A DNA stretch of 64,000 bases from Blastocatellia bacterium. GTDB lineage: Bacteria > Acidobacteriota > Blastocatellia > Chloracidobacteriales > JADJPF01. Both the position numbers and the translations under genes were made by a program. The notes beneath the pieces were generated by a model, which saw only the letters and a program-made list of their open reading frames with translations, had not been told where the DNA came from and ran no database searches. Where the stretch lies: positions 143,237 through 207,236 of the forward strand of contig JBDIBI010000003.1 of the NCBI GenBank assembly GCA_039812885.1, written 5' to 3'. Positions 21,761 to 27,493 of the stretch are shown here, piece after piece (the stretch's first letter is position 1; each line of letters begins with the position of its first letter).

Positions 21761-22171
21761 TTAGTTTCTCTTGCCAGAAACAGGAAGAACTGTTATTGCA
21801 AATCCGCCTGGGGTATTTGGATCTGCTGTGCTAGTAACAACAATTGCATTTGCTGTTACAGAAGTATCTGTTTTGGTGCCACGGATTACAAATGAGAGGT
21901 CAGAACCGTCTGGAGCAAGTCCTGGAGCTTCAAGAGCTACACTGATATTAGCTGCTTTTTCACGATAAGCAAGTGCTAATGAACCAGATGGAACTGTTAA
22001 AGTCCCTTTGCCGCCAGCCTTAAAAGTAAAAGGAATTGGCAATGCGCCCATTGGGCTTTGAATTGTAAATGTCCAAGAACCTTTTAATGGTTTTTGAGCA
22101 TAGCTTGGAACAACGCTGAAAGCTAAAATGACTAGGGCAAAAAGAAAAGTTTTGAAAAGAGTCTTTTTCAT
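21761..22171 (-). CDS. Small secreted hypothetical protein
   Basis: 136 aa with a signal peptide (KTFLFALVILAFSVVPSYAQ) and beta-rich composition. A minus-strand TTGACA-16-TAAAAT promoter-like element lies near 22262-22235. Confidence 0.55.
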   Translation of the reverse strand: MKKTLFKTFLFALVILAFSVVPSYAQKPLKGSWTFTIQSPMGALPIPFTFKAGGKGTLTVPSGSLALAYREKAANISVALEAPGLAPDGSDLSFVIRGTKTDTSVTANAIVVTSTADPNTPGGFAITVLPVSGKRN

Positions 22172-22512
22172 TGAATTCTCCTAAATTATTTTCAGAAAAG
22201 AGGTGTGGGCGTATAAGTCGCCGCGTATTCTCTAATTTTAAAGGGACAAATAAAGATGTCAATATATTTATTTAATTATTAGCATAATTTTGTCGATTTG
22301 ACATTAAAGAAAAATTGTTTTTAGAAAATAACTCATTCAATATAAGTTAAAAGATTTATGAGTCTGTTCATTTGTTAAAATTTTATTTGTAAAAAGATTT
22401 TTGTCTTGACATTTAGTCTACAAAAAAGTACAAGCAAGTTATAGTAATATCAAACCATATCACATGCCCAACAAACTAAATAATAACACACTTTACTTAA
22501 GGTTTAGACGAG

Positions 22513-24150
22513 ATGAAACAATGTCCTAAGTGTAATGCCCAATATAGTGATGACCAAGCGGTTTGTCCTATAGATGCAACTGTTTTAGTAGACACAAAAG
22601 GCAATCAAGTTAATGTTGATCCAATGCTTGGTCGTGTAATTGCTGATAAGTATCGTATAGAAAAACTAATTGGACGTGGTGGAATGGGTGCAGTGTATGA
22701 AGGGCAACATATGCTGCTAGATAGACGTGTTGCTATCAAGGTATTACAACAAAATATGGCTAATGATGAACAAGCTGCTACTAGATTTATTCGTGAAGCA
22801 AAAGCTTGTGCTAGGATAGAACACCCTAATGCTGTAACTATATATGATTTTGGCGTACTTCAAGAAGGAAGTGCTTATTTGGTGATGGAGTTTATTAAAG
22901 GTTATTCTCTACGCCAGCTTATGATGCAACAAAAACCTTTAACCCCAGAGCAAATTGCTGAGTGGATGATACAAGTTTGTAATGTAGTTGAGGCTGCACA
23001 CCAACAAGGTATTATTCATAGAGATCTTAAACCAGAAAATGTAATGCTAAAAGAAACTCCAGATGGATCTGTAATTGTTAAAGTTGTAGATTTTGGACTA
23101 GCAAAAATTACCTCTGAATCTGGATCTGAAAAGGCTAGCACAAATTTGACTAAGCCAGGAGAAATGTTAGGCACTCCGCATTATATGGCGCCGGAATATT
23201 ATGAAGGCGAAACAATAGATAACCGTGCTGATATTTATGCTATAGGTATTATGATGTATGAGTTGTTTTGTGGAGATACCCCTTTTACTGGCACAGTTCA
23301 AAGTATAATTGGAGGACATCTTTTTAAAGATCCACAACCAATTATTAACTTCAACCCTTCTATCCATCCAGCTCTAGATCAAGTTGTTCAGAAAGCATTA
23401 AAGAAAAAACGTGAAGAAAGAATAGCTTCAGCTTCAGAACTAACCCAAGAACTTAAAAAAGCATTAAAAGTTGCTAGGGAGTTTTTCTTCCAAAAAACAG
23501 ATGTACAAACACCATTAGAGGCAGAGGAATTTAAAGCAGGTTCTCTTGATTCTGAGCAACAAACCTCTGAACTAAAGAAAGATACTTTATTCCAAGCTGA
23601 CTCTCCACAAATCTTAAAAACTGAAAAAGTAATTCCTGCTTCACATAAAGAAACTACAAAAATTCAAGAGATCCCTTCTCAAAATAAGCTTACTCAACAA
23701 ATGAATCTAGAAGCTTTAGAATCTCTTGGTATAGGGCTAGAAGCCAAAACACCAGAAGCTAATAAAGCTGTACCTGCAACCCAAAAAGTAGTTATAGATG
23801 ATGTTATATCTGATAAACCAACAGAGTCCTCTTTTACTTCTGCTTCTACTTTGCCTCAACCTCCTGTAGTTGCCGGAGTTGGTATCGCAATTAGCACTCC
23901 CAATAAAGTAATTAATCCAGTTCCTAATACTCAACCAATTACTCCACCTAGTGTTGCTCCTAACCAACTTCAAGTCCAAATACAATCAACAACTAATGCT
24001 CCTCAAACAGGTGAACTTAAACAAGAATATGAAACTTTGTCAGATGTTCTTTCTGCCTTAAAAGGTCAATTAATAATAGGCTCAATTATTGTGGTTCTTT
24101 TAGCAATTATGGTAAGTTTACTTGTTATATATCGTCTAGAAGTTCACTAA
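22513..24150 (+). CDS. Ser/Thr protein kinase with N-terminal zinc ribbon and C-terminal TM anchor
   Basis: CPKCNAQYSDDQAVCPID zinc ribbon. Kinase motifs GRGGMGAVY, VAIKVL, HRDLKPEN, DFGLAK, GTPHYMAPE. Low-complexity Pro/Thr linker, then TM helix LIIGSIIVVLLAIMVSLLVIY. Confidence 0.85.
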   Translation: MKQCPKCNAQYSDDQAVCPIDATVLVDTKGNQVNVDPMLGRVIADKYRIEKLIGRGGMGAVYEGQHMLLDRRVAIKVLQQNMANDEQAATRFIREAKACARIEHPNAVTIYDFGVLQEGSAYLVMEFIKGYSLRQLMMQQKPLTPEQIAEWMIQVCNVVEAAHQQGIIHRDLKPENVMLKETPDGSVIVKVVDFGLAKITSESGSEKASTNLTKPGEMLGTPHYMAPEYYEGETIDNRADIYAIGIMMYELFCGDTPFTGTVQSIIGGHLFKDPQPIINFNPSIHPALDQVVQKALKKKREERIASASELTQELKKALKVAREFFFQKTDVQTPLEAEEFKAGSLDSEQQTSELKKDTLFQADSPQILKTEKVIPASHKETTKIQEIPSQNKLTQQMNLEALESLGIGLEAKTPEANKAVPATQKVVIDDVISDKPTESSFTSASTLPQPPVVAGVGIAISTPNKVINPVPNTQPITPPSVAPNQLQVQIQSTTNAPQTGELKQEYETLSDVLSALKGQLIIGSIIVVLLAIMVSLLVIYRLEVH

Positions 24151-24279
24151 CTCCTTACTGAATATTGCTTTAACTATAATACTTTTCAATATTTTACTAG
24201 CTAGCTTTCTTCAGGAGAAATACTTTCCTACAAACAACTCTTATTTCAACTCTAACTTAAATTTTTTCTAAATTTTTTC

Positions 24280-24308
24280 TTGATTTTTCTAAATTCGTTT
24301 TATATAAT
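24280..24308 (+). promoter_or_regulatory. Sigma70-like promoter of the E1/E2/JAB cluster
   Basis: TTGATT (24280-24285), 17-nt spacer, TATAAT (24303-24308). It lies 57 bp upstream of the ATG at 24365. Confidence 0.6.
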
Positions 24309-24340
24309 TTAGATAGTGTAAAACATACACTATCTAAATT
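24306..24340. promoter_or_regulatory. Perfect 15-bp inverted repeat (candidate operator) overlapping the -10 box and predicted TSS
   Basis: aatttagatagtgta-aaaca-tacactatctaaatt. The arms at 24306-24320 and 24326-24340 are exact reverse complements. Confidence 0.55.
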
Positions 24341-24364
24341 TATAAGATAGAGATATAAAAAAGT

Positions 24365-25006
24365 ATGTTAAAGAGAAAGCAAAACACCAAAGTTTTTTTA
24401 GCTAGAACTGTTGAAAATCAAGCAGATATAGCCACAGAAACAGCACAAATAATACAAAAGGTAAAAGCTCAAAACCATTATGGTTTATGTCCAATTTGTA
24501 TAGAGGATCTTATTTTTGTAAACAGGCTTCATGTTTGTACAAAATGCCACAAGCAATATGTTAGGCGTAGTCGAGATGGTGAGTTGATAGATTGTGTTTT
24601 GCTTCCTTATGGATACTGTCGTTGCTGCGATCAAGCGTTTCCTTTGATAAAGATTATAAATACAGAAGATTTGCTTTGTCCAATTAGTAAAGAAAGATAC
24701 TTTTTCTACTTAAATAAACACTTGAGGGTTAGTGAATTACCTTTTGGAATATGCTCTTGTTGCCAAATAGCTAGCCCATTGATGAACAAAGCAGATGGTT
24801 CAATTTACTGTAATATAAGTAAAGAAAATTATATACGTAATAATAATGGTACTATTACGCGTAAACCTGTAGAAGTCAATTTACCATCAAGTACAGAAAT
24901 AGAGGCAGCTCTTAATGAAGGCACAGCAGCCTTTTATTATGGTGGTTTTATAGGAACTCAAGAACCTGAGCCACCTAATGAAATACCAAAGCGCCGTCGT
25001 CGATAG
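24365..25006 (+). CDS. Cys-rich protein with three degenerate zinc-ribbon modules and a YYGG-plus-tail C-terminus
   Basis: 213 aa. Modules: YGLCPIC..(x12)..CTKC, YGYCRCC...PL..(x)..CPISKERY, FGICSCC...PL..(x)..CNISKENY. C-terminus is ...EGTAAFYYGG (GG codons at 24941-24946) followed by the 19-aa tail FIGTQEPEPPNEIPKRRRR. It is the first gene of the cluster. Confidence 0.6.
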   Translation: MLKRKQNTKVFLARTVENQADIATETAQIIQKVKAQNHYGLCPICIEDLIFVNRLHVCTKCHKQYVRRSRDGELIDCVLLPYGYCRCCDQAFPLIKIINTEDLLCPISKERYFFYLNKHLRVSELPFGICSCCQIASPLMNKADGSIYCNISKENYIRNNNGTITRKPVEVNLPSSTEIEAALNEGTAAFYYGGFIGTQEPEPPNEIPKRRRR

Positions 25007-25044
25007 AGCTTTAAGATTAATTCAGAGATATAGGAGAAAAGATT

Positions 25045-25278
25045 ATGAACAACCGTCAAAATACACCAACAATTGCACCTACTTGTAGTTGCTGTTTACC
25101 AACCCAAAAACTTGTTGTAACTGACCAAAGAACTTATTGTCCATTAACTCAAAGACTTTATGATAACAATGGCAATCAACTTCCAGCAGTAATTGACTTT
25201 TATCCAGCACAACGTCCAAAGGGTGAAAAAGCTCCTTTTGCCATTAATCCAGCAGAAGAACGCTTTGGTTTAAAGTAA
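25045..25278 (+). CDS. Small single-module Cys-rich paralogue of the 213-aa protein, at the position where Bil-type operons carry the Ubl
   Basis: 77 aa with a good RBS (aggag). It has one module, TCSCCLPTQKLVVTDQRTYCPLTQRLY, matching the repeat of the upstream protein. C-terminus is ...NPAEERFGLK (Gly75 followed by 2 residues). It lies directly upstream of the E2-like gene. Confidence 0.55.
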   Translation: MNNRQNTPTIAPTCSCCLPTQKLVVTDQRTYCPLTQRLYDNNGNQLPAVIDFYPAQRPKGEKAPFAINPAEERFGLK

Positions 25279-25312
25279 CTTAAACAAGCAAACCTCCATA
25301 AGGAAGTGACTT

Positions 25313-26008
25313 ATGCAACAGAAACGTATTTTGCCTAACAATAAGTTAAAAACTTGGGAAGTGGATGTGGAAGTTCTAAAGTCCAAATTTAAAAGCCATG
25401 CTTGGCTAAAAAATGAAAAGTTTTTAAAACGCGATATAGAGGAAATGAGCCAATATTTGCCTCATTGGATTATTACAGTAGGAAATGGAATAAATTTGCT
25501 ACATTCTAAATGTTGTTCTGATAACTTGGCACCTATAGAAGGTGAGCTACGTTGTATTTTATGTAATCGTCCAAGTTCAGAAACTCCAAATACATTAACT
25601 TGGACAGGACTTCTACCAGTGGGTTTAGAAGGTTATGAAAAAGCTTTTAAAAAGTTAGAAAAAGCTAGAGCAGAAGGAAAGCTAAAATATCCAATTATTA
25701 TACCTAACAATAAGCGTCATTTACTTGTTCCAATGATGGTTGTATATCCTAGCAACTGGCCTTATTCGCCTCCTCAGGTTCATTATGTAGATAACCAATA
25801 CATAGATGCTCTAAAACTCCCTTCTAATCATCAAACTCATCTAGGTGGTAGAACAATTTGTCTTTATCATGCAGCACAATGGAATGATAACACCTCAATT
25901 ATGCAAGTAATCGCAAATCGTGTTGCACCTCATTTGTTAGCGCTCTTGAAGCTATCAAATGATCAAGAAAACTTTGAATTTTTTAATACTTCTTATGGTT
26001 ATTATTGA
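25313..26008 (+). CDS. UBC-fold E2-like ubiquitin-conjugating enzyme homologue with an inserted Cys4 knuckle
   Basis: 231 aa. MMVVYPSNWPYSPPQVHYVD...HQTHLGGRTICLYHAAQWNDNTSIMQVI parallels the eukaryotic E2 core (YPxxPPxxxF...HPNI...GxICLDIL...W). The candidate catalytic residue is Cys183 (codon 25859-25861). The insert HSKCCSDNLAPIEGELRCILC carries four Cys. Confidence 0.7.
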   Translation: MQQKRILPNNKLKTWEVDVEVLKSKFKSHAWLKNEKFLKRDIEEMSQYLPHWIITVGNGINLLHSKCCSDNLAPIEGELRCILCNRPSSETPNTLTWTGLLPVGLEGYEKAFKKLEKARAEGKLKYPIIIPNNKRHLLVPMMVVYPSNWPYSPPQVHYVDNQYIDALKLPSNHQTHLGGRTICLYHAAQWNDNTSIMQVIANRVAPHLLALLKLSNDQENFEFFNTSYGYY

Positions 26009-26031
26009 GTTCAGGTTGCGCCTCTTAAACC

Positions 26032-26091
26032 CCAAGATACGTTTCTTGATTCCAAGATACGCTTCTTGATTCCAAGATACGCTTCTTGAAC
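26032..26091 (+). repeat. Three tandem 20-bp units
   Basis: ccaagatacg(t/c)ttcttga(tt/ac) x3. Each unit can form a small caaga/tcttg hairpin. The units lead straight into the larger repeat array. Confidence 0.8.
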
Positions 26092-26360
26092 CCCAGGTTA
26101 CGCTTCGCTAAAACCTGGGGCTAATATGGGTTTGGCGATTTGAATTTTGAGCTATTTTAATAAATGCACTCATTTTTTTGAACCCCAGGTTGCGCTCCTT
26201 TCACTCGCTAAAACCTGGGGCTAATATGGGTTTGGCAATTTGAATTTTGAGCTATTTTAATAAATGCACTCATTTTTTTGAACCCCAGGTTGCGCTCGTT
26301 TCACTCGCTAAAACCTGGGGCTAATATGGGTTTGGCGATTTGAATTTTGAGCTATTTTAA
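26088..26360 (+). repeat. Three direct tandem copies (92, 100 and about 81 bp) of the left-type hairpin unit
   Basis: Each unit reads gaa-CCCCAGGTT-loop-AACCTGGGG-ctaatatgggtttggc(g/a)atttgaattttgagctattttaataaatgcactcattttttt. Copies 2 and 3 differ at only 2 positions over their shared length. A degenerate fourth copy lies at about 26385-26460. Confidence 0.85.
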
Positions 26361-26509
26361 AATATTAGTTTGGAGTTGTGCTTTTTTGAATCCTAGGTTA
26401 TGGGGTTAATGTAGGTTGAGCAATTATGAAATTAGGTAGTTTCAATAATTAAACCTACTTAAAAAATATATAAACCCGAGATTTAGTCAGACTCAAAATT
26501 AGGGAAAAT

Positions 26510-26554
26510 ATATTAGCCTGGGGTTTTAACGAGTGAAACGAGTGCAACCCCAGG
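26510..26554 (+). repeat. Right-type terminal hairpin closing the repeat array
   Basis: atattag-CCTGGGGTT-ttaacgagtgaaacgagtgc-AACCCCAGG. The loop is the reverse complement of the left-type loops. It ends 2 nt before the ATG at 26557 and 14 nt before the ATG at 26569. Confidence 0.8.
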
Positions 26555-26568
26555 TTATGAGGGGGTAT

Positions 26569-27492
26569 ATGAAAAGACCAATAGTAAAAATTAGTTGGCA
26601 AGCATGGAAAGAAATCTCACAAGAAGTAAACAAATGGGCTAAACAGGGCAAAGAGCCTTTGGAATGCGTATTTTACCCACTTACGGAAGTTATATTTGCT
26701 AAAAATAAAGCTCTTACGCCTTTTGATACAATTGACTTAAAGGACGTAGAAGAATTTATTATAAGATCTGTCTTTATTCCTCCTGATAAATACACCAATT
26801 ACTCTAGTTATGCTGCAAGTTTTATTGCTCCAAGTGAAGATTCAACAAAAATGCAGACAGTTTTTGCTGAAGGTATTGATGCAAAACTCAGATCTTTTCC
26901 ACAACTTTACTTCCTAGGGCCAGGACATTCACATCCTTTTTCTGTTGATTCCACTTCTCCATCTTTAACGGATATTAATTATCATATGCGCCCTTACCGC
27001 TTGAAAAATGAGAACCTTCTTGGCTTTCGATTCTCATTAGCATTAATTGTAGTACAAACATCTGATAATGTGTTAGAAGAATTAAAATTTGAGTTTTCTT
27101 TTGAACAACTTGAGTATTTAAAATGGCAAGCTTGTTCATTTGTTTTGGATGAAAATCAGAAGCTACAAGATCTTGGAATAGCAAAAGTAATTTCTAACAA
27201 AAAGTTGTTAACAAAACCTTTTTATTATTCTACAAAAGGAAATGCTTGGGAAAACCAACAGAAATTATCTCTTGGAAATAGATTAATTGAACATCAACGT
27301 TGGCCTGGAGCTTGGACATCTTTTTTGATTAAGCAAAGCCTAGAATTAGCTATGTTAGTAATGTTACCTCCACGATTTCCCATTCAACCAGCTATTAAAC
27401 AGAGTCTCTCACTTACAACTAAACAAGCTAGCAGTGCAGAGTTTTGGAATTGTGGACGCTCTTACAAAGATTATTCTTTAGGAGAAATCTAA
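26569..27492 (+). CDS. JAB/JAMM (MPN+) family metallopeptidase, putative deconjugating or processing isopeptidase
   Basis: Upstream Glu (PLECVFYPL) plus GPGHSHPFSVDSTSPSLTD, which reads H-x-H-x9-S-x2-D (JAMM-like; canonical spacing is x7). The ORF track starts at GTG 26533, inside the repeat hairpin loop. I prefer ATG 26569 (gagg at 26559-26562 as RBS) or ATG 26557. Confidence 0.7.
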   Translation: MKRPIVKISWQAWKEISQEVNKWAKQGKEPLECVFYPLTEVIFAKNKALTPFDTIDLKDVEEFIIRSVFIPPDKYTNYSSYAASFIAPSEDSTKMQTVFAEGIDAKLRSFPQLYFLGPGHSHPFSVDSTSPSLTDINYHMRPYRLKNENLLGFRFSLALIVVQTSDNVLEELKFEFSFEQLEYLKWQACSFVLDENQKLQDLGIAKVISNKKLLTKPFYYSTKGNAWENQQKLSLGNRLIEHQRWPGAWTSFLIKQSLELAMLVMLPPRFPIQPAIKQSLSLTTKQASSAEFWNCGRSYKDYSLGEI

Positions 27493-27493
27493 T

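Noticed and set aside
22020-22262. An 80-aa minus-strand ORF overlapping the 5' end of the 136-aa secreted-protein gene.
   Set aside because: It is an out-of-frame overlap with a gene that has a clean signal peptide, and it covers what looks like that gene's promoter and 5' UTR.
26032-26554. I considered whether the direct-repeat array between E2 and JAB is a CRISPR array.
   Set aside because: The units are 92-100 bp and directly abutting, with no unique spacers. The repeats contain long hairpins and an inverted terminal copy. The same family occurs as a 187-bp stand-alone element at 41.9 kb. This pattern fits REP/MITE-like repeats, not CRISPR.
26533-26568. The GTG at 26533 is listed as the start of the JAB ORF.
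   Set aside because: It lies inside the loop of the right-type repeat hairpin, and the encoded MKRVQPQVMRGY is repeat-derived sequence. The ATG at 26569 (or 26557), just past the hairpin with a gagg RBS, is more plausible. This cannot be settled without N-terminal data.
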